DNA from: an uncultured Ardenticatenaceae bacterium
GTDB lineage: Bacteria; Chloroflexota; Anaerolineae; Promineifilales; Promineifilaceae
Direction of reading: 5' to 3'
NCBI GenBank assembly: GCA_964384155.1
Contig: CAYLJW010000004.1
Span: 6,428 to 70,427, forward strand
Length of the DNA: 64,000 nt
Made by a program: the position numbers and the translations under genes. Shown here one piece after another: positions 51,523 through 60,024 of this stretch; within the stretch, counting starts at the first letter, position 1, and each line of letters opens with the position of its first letter. The notes below the pieces were generated by a model that had not been told where the DNA came from, did not search any database, and saw only the letters and a program-made list of their open reading frames with translations.

Positions 51523-51644
51523 GAGATCCTTCGCTCCGCGGACTGCGCTCAGGATGACCGGTGGTCGAGATCCTTCGCTCCGCGGACTGCGCTCAGGATG
51601 ACCGGTGGTCGAGATCCTTCGCTCCGCGGACTGCGCTCAGGATG
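51523..51644. repeat. 44-bp direct tandem repeat, 2.8 copies (GAGATCCTTCGCTCCGCGGACTGCGCTCAGGATGACCGGTGGTC)
   Basis: Two identical copies at 51523-51566 and 51567-51610, and a third matching for 34 bp (51611-51644). Each unit contains the palindrome TCCGCGGA flanked by ATCCT...AGGAT. Confidence 0.9.
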
Positions 51645-51673
51645 GCTGGCGCAAAGTCTGGCTCAGCGGAGCG

Positions 51674-53023
51674 CTAGCCGATGGGCAGGCTGTTGATGTT
51701 CACGCCTGTGCGGATGTAGCCGGCGTTGACCCAGCCTTGCGCGCCGCCGGGTAGGGTGACGCGCACCCAGTTGCCGGCAGCGTTGCGACGTGTGAGCGTG
51801 ACCGGCGTGCCGTGGGCTATGACGGTCATGACGTTGTGCCCGATGCCGGGTCCGTTGCGCACGTTGAGAAAGGCCGTGTTTACCGTGCCGTTGCCCTGGG
51901 CGGTGTCGCCGCCAGTCTGCCCGGTCCAGACGGCCAGGCTGCTGACACGGACGCTGGTGCGCACGTAGCCGGCATGGATCCAGCCTTGCGCGCCACCGTG
52001 CAGGCTCACGAGCACCCATGTTCCAGCGGCGTCGCGGTAGCCCAGCAAGCTCAATACATCACCGCGCGCCACGCGGCCCACGACGTTGTGGCTGAGGCCC
52101 GGGCCACTGCGCACGTTCAGGAAGTAGGCGCCGGTTACGGTGGCCGTGGCTCCGCCGCCCACAGGCGGCGTGGTCAGCCGTTCCCAGCTCAGGTGCGCCT
52201 CGGCGAAGCCGGTGCGCTCGAAGTATTCCATGCGCAGGGCTACGGGCCCGCTACCCAGCTCAATCTCGCCGCTGTGCGACTGTACCGCCTGTGGGTACCA
52301 TTTATCGATAATCAGGTGGTCGTTGACCCACAAGCGCACGCCGTCGTCGACGCGGGCGATGAAACGGTAGCGGCCCGGCTGGAAGGTGAGGCTGCGCGTC
52401 CAGCGCACGGAGAAGTTGTCGTGGCTCACGCCGCCGACGGGGCTGCCTTCGCCCCAGTTGAAGCTGATATTGGCGTCGTCGCGCACGGCGACGGGATTGC
52501 CGCTGAGGGCGCCATTGTTGAAATATTCGCCGCGCCAGTTGTGAATGGTCACCGGCTGTATCGGGGCCCAAGAGAGGCGGGCAACGGCGAAGCCATGGCG
52601 GTCGTAGTATTCCATGCGGATGGCGATAGCGCCCGAGGGCAGGTTCACGTCGGCCGAATGCGTGGCGGCTTCCTGATCGCGCCACTGGTCGATCACCAGC
52701 GCGCCGTTGACCCATAGGCGCACGCCGTCGTCTGTGTGGGTGGTGAAGCGATAGCGGCCGGCGCTGAAGTTGACGCTGCGCGTCCAGCGCGCCGAGAAGT
52801 TGTCGCTGTTGACCACATTGGGCGCAGGCGAGCCGGTACCCCAGTTGAAGTCGATATTGGCCTCGCTGCGCAGCAGCACGGGCGAACCGGCCAGGTCGCG
52901 GTTGTTGAAGTAGCGAGCCTCCCACATCGTGTCGGCCGCAGAGGCCGGCGGCGCGCCCAAGGCCAGCAAAGCCAGCAGGAACAGACCCAAAACGGCGCTC
53001 AAGAAAAGTTTCCTGCGAGACAT
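51674..53023 (-). CDS. secreted protein with three PA14 domains and two SH3b domains
   Basis: Signal peptide. Three repeats of the YFNN..L.G.PV..R....I.F.WG.GSP......DNFS.RWTR...F..GRYRF....DDGVRLWVN pattern (PA14). Two copies of FLNVR.GPG..HNV... (SH3b). ATG 53023 follows GGAGGG. Confidence 0.8.
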   Translation of the reverse strand: MSRRKLFLSAVLGLFLLALLALGAPPASAADTMWEARYFNNRDLAGSPVLLRSEANIDFNWGTGSPAPNVVNSDNFSARWTRSVNFSAGRYRFTTHTDDGVRLWVNGALVIDQWRDQEAATHSADVNLPSGAIAIRMEYYDRHGFAVARLSWAPIQPVTIHNWRGEYFNNGALSGNPVAVRDDANISFNWGEGSPVGGVSHDNFSVRWTRSLTFQPGRYRFIARVDDGVRLWVNDHLIIDKWYPQAVQSHSGEIELGSGPVALRMEYFERTGFAEAHLSWERLTTPPVGGGATATVTGAYFLNVRSGPGLSHNVVGRVARGDVLSLLGYRDAAGTWVLVSLHGGAQGWIHAGYVRTSVRVSSLAVWTGQTGGDTAQGNGTVNTAFLNVRNGPGIGHNVMTVIAHGTPVTLTRRNAAGNWVRVTLPGGAQGWVNAGYIRTGVNINSLPIG

Positions 53024-53065
53024 ATTGCCCTCCTCTACCCAACTATGCGCCAATATGCGCCTTGC

Positions 53066-54883
53066 CTAAGGAAGTGGATAACAGTTGCCGCTGTTGGCCT
53101 GGACGCTGTGGTCGGGATTGGCCACCAGAATGCACATTTCCCCGGCGGCAGCCGGCCGGTCCAGCTCGCGGTAGCCTCTGAAGGGCCGCGGCCCGCCGTA
53201 TAAGATCCAGGGTCCGCCGCCTGGCACGCCAGCCTGCTCGGGCGGCACGGTGTCGAAGAAGAAGTGCACGTGCACGCCGGGCACCACTTCGGTGAACTCA
53301 AAGGTCTCATAATCTACGACGTAGACGCCGTTATCCAGGTCGATGCCGTTGATGCGCGCGTAGTTGATGCCGGGCGGCACGGTGGGCGTGGGCGTGAGGG
53401 TGGGGGTGGGCGTCTCTGTGGGCGTGGCCGCGGCCTGCGTTGCCGTGGCCCAGTAGTCGGCAGTGGCCGTCATCGCGGCATAAATGGCATCGGAAGTGGC
53501 CTGCGCGTCTACGGCGGCTGCGGCTGTAGCGGTGAGCGCGCTGCTTTCGGCGTCGCGGGTCGATTGCAGCGAAATTTGCTGCGCTTCGGCAGCGTCGGCC
53601 GTCTGCGCCGCTGTGGTCTGGACGATATTGCCTTCCTGCCCAACTTCTTGCGGATCGGGCGTGTCGTCGAGGCCCACCACGGGCGTTTCATCGCCGCCGC
53701 CGCCAAGCAGGCCGGAGTTGACCAGCGCGAAAATGCCGCTGATACAGAGGATCGCCAGCAAACCGACCCCGACGGCGGCGGCGATGAGGGTTGTGCGGCT
53801 GCGCCCGGCGAGGCCGGGCCTTGGGGGCGATGGGGATGCGCTGCTGCCGGCGCCCGTGTGCTCTGCACGGGGCCTCGTATGTGGCCGCGCGCCTTCTATG
53901 GCCGGGCCCTGGGCGCCGGTAGCGGCTAGAGGGCCGGCGCCGGCAGCGCTATAGCCCTGAGCCGGGGTCGGGTCGCGCGGCGACTCGACGACGGTGGCTT
54001 CACTTGAGATGGGCGCCGAAGCGCCGTGCGGCACCGTAGCTGCCAGACCCGGATGGCGCAAGGCGCGGGCAATCTCGCCGGCGCGCGCAAAGCGCTGGTC
54101 GCGATCTTTTGAGAGCGTGCGGTTGATGACGTTGGTCAGGCCCGGCGGCACATCGGGGCGCAGGCGGCGCAGGTCGGGCACGGGGTCGTTGACGTGCATC
54201 ATCATGATGGTCATCGCCGAATCGGCCTCAAACGGCGGACGGCCGCCGGCCATCTCGAAAAGGAGCACGCCCAGGGAGTAGATGTCGGTGCGCTCGTCGA
54301 TGCGCTCACCCTTAATCTGCTCTGGCGACATGTAGCGCGCGGTGCCCATGACGGCGCCGGTGGCGGTGTGCTGCGTGCCGCCCATAATCTTGACGATGCC
54401 GAAATCCATCAGCACCGGCTCGTTGTTCACGTTAAGCATTACATTGGCCGGTTTCACGTCACGGTGGATCAGGTTGCGGCTGTGCGCATAGTCGAGGGCG
54501 TCGGCCAGCCCGGCGCCGATGCTCACCGCCTGATCGATGTCCATATGGCGGTCGTTCTGGTGCAGACGCTTCAGGCGATCTTGCAAGGTCTCACCGGGCA
54601 CGAATTCAAAGACGATATAATAGACGTCGTCGTCGTGGTCGAAATCGTAGACCTGGATGATATTGGGGTGGCGCAGTTGGGCGACGGCGCGCGCTTCCTC
54701 TTCGAAGCGGCGCACGAATTCTGGGTCGGTGGAGAGGTGGGGGTGGATCAACTTTACGGCGACGACGCGATTCAGATTCTCGTCGAGGGCTTTATAGACC
54801 GCGGACATGCCGCCCTGGCCCAGAAGCTCTTGAATGAGGTAACGTCCGCCTAATTTTTTACCGATCCACGTCGGTCGCGTCAT
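53066..54883 (-). CDS. Hanks-type Ser/Thr protein kinase, single-pass membrane protein with extracytoplasmic C-terminal domain
   Basis: GQGGMSAVYKA, VAVKL, HRDVKPANV, DFG, SPEQ. Ala/Thr/Pro-rich linker, a transmembrane helix and a C-terminal domain. Confidence 0.9.
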   Translation of the reverse strand: MTRPTWIGKKLGGRYLIQELLGQGGMSAVYKALDENLNRVVAVKLIHPHLSTDPEFVRRFEEEARAVAQLRHPNIIQVYDFDHDDDVYYIVFEFVPGETLQDRLKRLHQNDRHMDIDQAVSIGAGLADALDYAHSRNLIHRDVKPANVMLNVNNEPVLMDFGIVKIMGGTQHTATGAVMGTARYMSPEQIKGERIDERTDIYSLGVLLFEMAGGRPPFEADSAMTIMMMHVNDPVPDLRRLRPDVPPGLTNVINRTLSKDRDQRFARAGEIARALRHPGLAATVPHGASAPISSEATVVESPRDPTPAQGYSAAGAGPLAATGAQGPAIEGARPHTRPRAEHTGAGSSASPSPPRPGLAGRSRTTLIAAAVGVGLLAILCISGIFALVNSGLLGGGGDETPVVGLDDTPDPQEVGQEGNIVQTTAAQTADAAEAQQISLQSTRDAESSALTATAAAAVDAQATSDAIYAAMTATADYWATATQAAATPTETPTPTLTPTPTVPPGINYARINGIDLDNGVYVVDYETFEFTEVVPGVHVHFFFDTVPPEQAGVPGGGPWILYGGPRPFRGYRELDRPAAAGEMCILVANPDHSVQANSGNCYPLP

Positions 54884-54895
54884 GATGAAACTCCG

Positions 54896-55789
54896 TTATT
54901 CAACCAACCAAAGAAATGAGTTGTTATAGGTGCATGTGGTGGTTCCCGATTCATTCAGACCCACAAAGGCCACAAAGCCGCGCTCGTAGGCGATCGAGGG
55001 TGTCACATTGCCTACATGTGTGCCATTGCTGAAAAAGGAGAAGGTGTTGCCACGCGCCACCACGGCCAGACGGTTGGTGGTGTCGTTTTGCCATTGGAAA
55101 CTGCGGTCGAGGCGATTGATATTAATGTCTGTGATCTCGTTTCTGATGACGCGGCCATCCTGCATGATGCTAAAGAAGAGCTCGCCCGAACCGCCGCGGA
55201 TGACCAGCGCGATATATTGGTCGTAGTTGCCTTCCTGATTACCGTCGGAGCGCAGCACAAAGCCACAGCCGGCGGTGCCGAAGCGCGTGTTCCAGGTGAT
55301 GTCGGAGGCCATGACAAAATCTTGCGCCACACTGGCGATATTCTGGTTGGCGTAGGTGTGGCTCATATAGCCGCTGGCCTGGATGGTGACCGGCGGGTGA
55401 ATCCAGGCCATGCGCCCGGCGTTGGGATCGACGCCGTAGAGGGGCAGCTCGGCCAGAAAAGGCGCGACGGCCTGGGCTGTGGCGGCAGCGCTGTCGGTGT
55501 CGCTGGTGGCGCGCGCCACAGCCGTGGCCGTGGCGTTGATGCTCTGCGCGGTGGCCGTGGCCTGTGCTGCCAGCACATTTTCGGCCACGGCGGGCGTGGC
55601 CGTGGCCTCCTGCTGCACGATGGTTTGCACCAGGGTAGCAGTGGGCTGCTCGGCGCTGCTTTCGGCGATGCGCGTATTAAAGGCGTCGATGGTGGCCGTG
55701 GCATCCGCGTCGCCGCCGCCGGGCAGGCCGCAGGCCAGTATGGGCCCCGCCAAGGCAACCAGGAACATAAGAGTGATCCTTTTTTTCAT
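54896..55789 (-). CDS. lipoprotein with Ala/Thr-rich linker and a jelly-roll (LamG/DUF1080-like) C-terminal domain
   Basis: Signal peptide with lipobox (LAGPILAC). The domain assignment is inferred from the beta-rich pattern only. Confidence 0.55.
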   Translation of the reverse strand: MKKRITLMFLVALAGPILACGLPGGGDADATATIDAFNTRIAESSAEQPTATLVQTIVQQEATATPAVAENVLAAQATATAQSINATATAVARATSDTDSAAATAQAVAPFLAELPLYGVDPNAGRMAWIHPPVTIQASGYMSHTYANQNIASVAQDFVMASDITWNTRFGTAGCGFVLRSDGNQEGNYDQYIALVIRGGSGELFFSIMQDGRVIRNEITDININRLDRSFQWQNDTTNRLAVVARGNTFSFFSNGTHVGNVTPSIAYERGFVAFVGLNESGTTTCTYNNSFLWLVE

Positions 55790-55845
55790 CTTTTCTCTTG
55801 ATTGCCCCGCCAGGCGTGGGCCATACGAGGCGTGGTTCAGTGACG

Positions 55846-58800
55846 TTAACTCAGGTCCTTGCGCTTCTGCAGTACCAGAATGCCCACGAACAGGATGCCA
55901 ATAATGACGCTCTGCGCGATCCAGGTGCGGAGCAGCGTGCCCCAGTAGGCGGTGGTATCGTTCTTATTAACGAAAGTCCAGCCAAAATCCCGGTCGAACT
56001 GGCGAATCATGCCTTCCGCCGGGACCACGGCCGATAGGCGCGCGGCTTCAAAGCTGGCTACTTCTGTTTGATAGTCAAATAGCGACTCCTGATAAGCAGA
56101 AAGCTCGGCCTGGTAGGCGTCTACGCTTTCCTGGTAGCCGCGCAGCGACTCCTGATAGGCGCTGACGCGGGCCTGATAGGCTTCTAGCTCGGCCTCAGCG
56201 ATCGCCGCCTGGGCGCGGTATTCGTCCAGCTCGGCGCGGTAGGCAGACTGAATGGTTTCCGTCTCGTTTTGCCACAGCTCGAGGGCGTCGAAGTAGTTGG
56301 CCATGGCGATCTGGTCAGCTTCGTTCTCCGGCCGCGTGGGCTGTGGGGGGATTACGGGCTCTTCCGGCTCCGGCCCCAGGCGCGCGGGCGGGTCGCCGGG
56401 CTCTGGGGGCGGAGCGCCGGGCTCCACGGGCGGCTCGCCGGGCGGCTGCGGCGCTTCGCGGGCTAGGGCATCGGTATAGAACTGGCCCACGCCAGGGAAG
56501 TTGCAGGAATTTTGGTCCAGCGTGTTACTGCCCATACAGTTGCAGTTTTCGTTCTTGAACTCCAGCGTGAGGTTAGAGCGCTGATCGGGCGGCAAATCCC
56601 AGCAGGTGTCGCGCGCCACATCGGAGCCGGCGCCGCTGATGGCCATGAAGGCCTCGAAGGCCCAACGGGTGGAGATGGGCGCGGTGACGACGCCGGGCAG
56701 GGGCACCAGCGCGCCGCCCAGCACAATCTGCGGCACCATGAGCAAAATGACGATGAGCGGGGCCGAGTTGGAGTTGGGCGCCAGCGCCGAGGCGAAGAGG
56801 CCGAGCATCATACCGGCCATGGTCGCCAGCAGCAGGGAGAAGTACATCAGCACCATTTCCACGATGCCGCCGGGCATGTCGAAGGCAATGTAGTGCACGA
56901 TGATGTAGCAGGCGGTCTGGTAGAGCGCCAGCAGGGCTGCCACCCAGATCTTGGACATGACGTAGGGCAAGATCTTGAGGTTCACCAGCCGCTCGCGGCG
57001 GTAGACGTCTTGCTCCTTTACAATCTCGCGCATCTGCGCCAGGCCGCCTACCATCACGGCATAGACCGTGGGTAGAAAGAGGATGATCAGCACGACGGGG
57101 AAGTTGCCTTCGGTGAAGTCGAAGGGGTTGGCGCCGACGACCAGGGCCAGCACCACTTGCAGCAGGGCCACGAGGGGGGCTGCGGCCAACATCAAGGCCA
57201 GGCTGAACCTATCGCGCGTCAGAATCTTGATGTTGCGCGAGGAGAGGATGGAGAACTGCCGCAGCGAGGAGACCTGGCGCTTTGGCTTGCTGACGGCGGG
57301 CGCCGCGGCCGCCGGCGCCGCGGCGTGGCCGTTGCCCGACAGGCGCTCGATAGCTTGCAGCGGCTGGGTGATGTATCTGTCGTAGGCCGGGTGGTTGCGG
57401 TAGCGCTCTTCCCACTCTTGCGGCGATCCGTTACGCGAATCTTCCAGAATGGCGTAAATCTCGTCGAACTCTATGTCGCGCGCGCGGCGGTCGCGCTCAG
57501 AGCGGTATTTGTCGAAATAAGCCAGCGCTTCATCGGGCGGGCCATACCATACGAGATAGCCGCCGCGCGCCAGGAAGGCCACTTTGTCCGCCAGCATCAC
57601 GTTTTTGGTGGCGTGCGTGATCAGGGCGATGGTGCGGCCCTGGTCGGCCAGCCGGCGCATCAACTGCATCAGGGAGGTTTCGGTGCCGGGGTCGAGGCCC
57701 GAAGTGGGCTCGTCGAGGAAAAAGAGGCCCGGCTTGGTGAGCAGCTCAACGCCAATGGAGACGCGCTTCTGCTGGCCACCGCTCAACTCGCTAATCTGCG
57801 TATCCTTGCGGTGCAGCAGGTCGAGGTCTTCCAACACCTCGGTAATACGCGCGTGCCGCTCTTCTTTGCTGGTGTCCGAAGGCATACGCAGCTGCGCCGC
57901 GTAGTCGAGGGCCTGGAATACGGTGAGCTCCATGTGGATGATGTCGCGCTGCGGCACGTAGCCAATGTCATTACGCACGACGTCGAAATTCTTATAGATG
58001 TCCACGTCGTTGACGTGTACTGTGCCATGCGTGGCCGGGCGATAGCCGGCGATGGCGTCGACGAGCGTCGACTTGCCGCCGCCGCTCTGGCCCACGACCA
58101 CGACAAACTCGCGCGGCTTAAACACCAGCGAGATGTTTTGCAGAATGTTGAGATCGCTGCGCACCCACTTGTTGAGGCCGGCGGCCTCCACCTGCAGCCC
58201 ACCGCTGTCGTCATACTGCGCCAGGGCTTCCTGACCCACCACGAAGCGATAGGACCCGATGCGCACCTGGTCGTTGGCTTGCAGCCAGACTTCATCTTCA
58301 ATACGCACGTCGTTGACGAAGGTGCCATTGGCGCTGCGCAGGTCGCGCACGCGGTAGCGCTGACCCACGCGCTCAATCTGCGCGTGGTAACGCGACACCG
58401 AGGGGTTATCGACCACAATGTCGTTGCTGGCATCGCGGCCCAGGGTGAGCACCGTCTTTTGTGAGAAGTCGACGGTGCGCGCATCGCCTACTGCGCGGGC
58501 TTCGGCCGGCGACAGATAGGTCATCGTGACCAGGGCGCCGGGGTCCAGGCCGCCGATACGGAACTTATCTTCGTGCAGCAGCTTGCGTCCGTCGCGCAGC
58601 GGTCGGCCTTCAAAGAGCAGCGGGTTGGTGGTGTCGGTCAGCGGCACCAGGCGGTAGCCGCCGTTGGCGCGCTCCAGATAAGCGTGCCGGCGCGATACGA
58701 TGGGCGAGGACAGAACGATGTCGTTTTCTTCGGAGCGACCGATCGTGATGCGCGGGCGGTCCAGGGGATAGGTTTGCTGCGGATTACCGGCGATCTGCAC

Positions 58801-59724
58801 GGCAAGGCGCGGCTGGGCCGCGCCGGGCGCGCCGGGGCTCACGGCCTGGCCGCGCTGTGTGGCGGCGCGCTGCAGCGCCTGCTCTGGCCCGGCCACTACG
58901 GTTTGCTCGCTTTGGGCGGGTTGGGGCCGCGCGGCAGCCTGGCGCGCGGTTTGCTGTGCGCCGGGCGCCTGCGCCGCCTGTGGCGCATCGTAGCGCAGGG
59001 TTACCTGAAAGGGGGAATCGTCCTGGCCGATGCGCAGCTCGTCGTTATGGCTGAGGGTGTGCGCCTGCTGCAGGGGCTGGCCGCGGTAGACCACGGCATT
59101 GCTGGCTTCGGGCAAGGGAAGCAGGCGATAGCCGGCGCCGCTGCGCTCCAGGCGCGCATGATGGCGCGACACGATGCGCGATGGCAGCACGATGTCGTTG
59201 TCGTCGGCGCGGCCCAGGGTGAGCGTCTCGCCGCGCAGCTCATGCGCGACGGGCGCCTGGCCCACTACCTGCACGATCAGCCGTGGCGGCGGGGCGGAGG
59301 GCAACTGTTCTTTTTGCATCTGCACCGTGGCCGGCACGTGCTCGTCTACCGAGTAGACGGTGGCCTGCAGAATGGTTCGCTCATCGGTATCTGTAAGCCC
59401 CGCGCCAGGTGAAGCTTCGGCGGCAACGGTGAAGCGCAGGCTGGTGGCCTGGCCCAGAGCGATGGTGTCTCCGTGCTGCAGCGCCGTTCGCTGGCTAATT
59501 GGACGGCCGTTTACGGCCGTGCCGTTGCTGCTGCCCAGATCTTCCACGTAGTATTGGCCGCCCTGTTGCACAATGCGCGCATGTCGGCGCGAAACCGACG
59601 GCGACTGGATGACGATGCCGGCGCGCTCGTCGCGCCCGATCACCATGTCCTGGGCCTGTAGAGCGAATTCCTGGCCGGCTGAGGGTCCCTTGACAATTTC
59701 AATCTTGCCGGAGTTAGCTGACAC
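55846..59724 (-). CDS. four FHA domains fused to an ABC-G-type exporter (NBD plus ABC-2 permease) with a large inserted extracytoplasmic coiled-coil loop
   Basis: Four copies of GR....DI........SR.HA......G.Y...D/L (FHA). Walker A GQSGGGKST, signature LSGGQQKRV, Walker B FFLDEPTSGLD. Several transmembrane helices. GTG start after GGGAGG. Confidence 0.9.
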   Translation of the reverse strand: MSANSGKIEIVKGPSAGQEFALQAQDMVIGRDERAGIVIQSPSVSRRHARIVQQGGQYYVEDLGSSNGTAVNGRPISQRTALQHGDTIALGQATSLRFTVAAEASPGAGLTDTDERTILQATVYSVDEHVPATVQMQKEQLPSAPPPRLIVQVVGQAPVAHELRGETLTLGRADDNDIVLPSRIVSRHHARLERSGAGYRLLPLPEASNAVVYRGQPLQQAHTLSHNDELRIGQDDSPFQVTLRYDAPQAAQAPGAQQTARQAAARPQPAQSEQTVVAGPEQALQRAATQRGQAVSPGAPGAAQPRLAVQIAGNPQQTYPLDRPRITIGRSEENDIVLSSPIVSRRHAYLERANGGYRLVPLTDTTNPLLFEGRPLRDGRKLLHEDKFRIGGLDPGALVTMTYLSPAEARAVGDARTVDFSQKTVLTLGRDASNDIVVDNPSVSRYHAQIERVGQRYRVRDLRSANGTFVNDVRIEDEVWLQANDQVRIGSYRFVVGQEALAQYDDSGGLQVEAAGLNKWVRSDLNILQNISLVFKPREFVVVVGQSGGGKSTLVDAIAGYRPATHGTVHVNDVDIYKNFDVVRNDIGYVPQRDIIHMELTVFQALDYAAQLRMPSDTSKEERHARITEVLEDLDLLHRKDTQISELSGGQQKRVSIGVELLTKPGLFFLDEPTSGLDPGTETSLMQLMRRLADQGRTIALITHATKNVMLADKVAFLARGGYLVWYGPPDEALAYFDKYRSERDRRARDIEFDEIYAILEDSRNGSPQEWEERYRNHPAYDRYITQPLQAIERLSGNGHAAAPAAAAPAVSKPKRQVSSLRQFSILSSRNIKILTRDRFSLALMLAAAPLVALLQVVLALVVGANPFDFTEGNFPVVLIILFLPTVYAVMVGGLAQMREIVKEQDVYRRERLVNLKILPYVMSKIWVAALLALYQTACYIIVHYIAFDMPGGIVEMVLMYFSLLLATMAGMMLGLFASALAPNSNSAPLIVILLMVPQIVLGGALVPLPGVVTAPISTRWAFEAFMAISGAGSDVARDTCWDLPPDQRSNLTLEFKNENCNCMGSNTLDQNSCNFPGVGQFYTDALAREAPQPPGEPPVEPGAPPPEPGDPPARLGPEPEEPVIPPQPTRPENEADQIAMANYFDALELWQNETETIQSAYRAELDEYRAQAAIAEAELEAYQARVSAYQESLRGYQESVDAYQAELSAYQESLFDYQTEVASFEAARLSAVVPAEGMIRQFDRDFGWTFVNKNDTTAYWGTLLRTWIAQSVIIGILFVGILVLQKRKDLS

Positions 59725-59770
59725 GACGAAGGCCTCCCAAAATCAGTTTTGGCGTACTGGATACTGGAAC

Positions 59771-59779
59771 AGTATAACA
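59771..59779 (-). promoter_or_regulatory. extended -10 promoter element (TGTTATACT) for the FHA-ABC operon
   Basis: Minus-strand TGnTATACT about 45 nt upstream of the GTG start, in an AT-rich divergent intergenic region. Confidence 0.3.
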
Positions 59780-60024
59780 AAGTTTATTCTTTTATGGTAT
59801 AAGTATGCAAGAGGTATGCCGGCCTTGGCGTTGAATGTTGCCTTATGACAAGTTAAAGCGCGCAGCGTGAAGAAGCCGGTTGAGTAAGCAGTAAGAGTGA
59901 GCTTGCCAGTTTAGCAAGGGCCAGCGCCTGGCCTGTCGCGGAATTACAGTGAGGATTGCGTTCAGCTCTTTGCCAGTTATTGGGCTGATCGCAAGGCGCG
60001 ACAGCGCCGGCCAGGAAATCGCAT

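Noticed and set aside
51523-51644. CRISPR array
   Set aside because: The 44-bp units are directly adjacent with no spacers. There are only 2.8 copies, and no cas genes are present in the window.
57157-58464. 435-aa plus-strand ORF inside the FHA-ABC transporter gene
   Set aside because: Antisense to a gene with clear FHA and ABC motifs, and it has no motifs of its own. High-GC shadow ORF.
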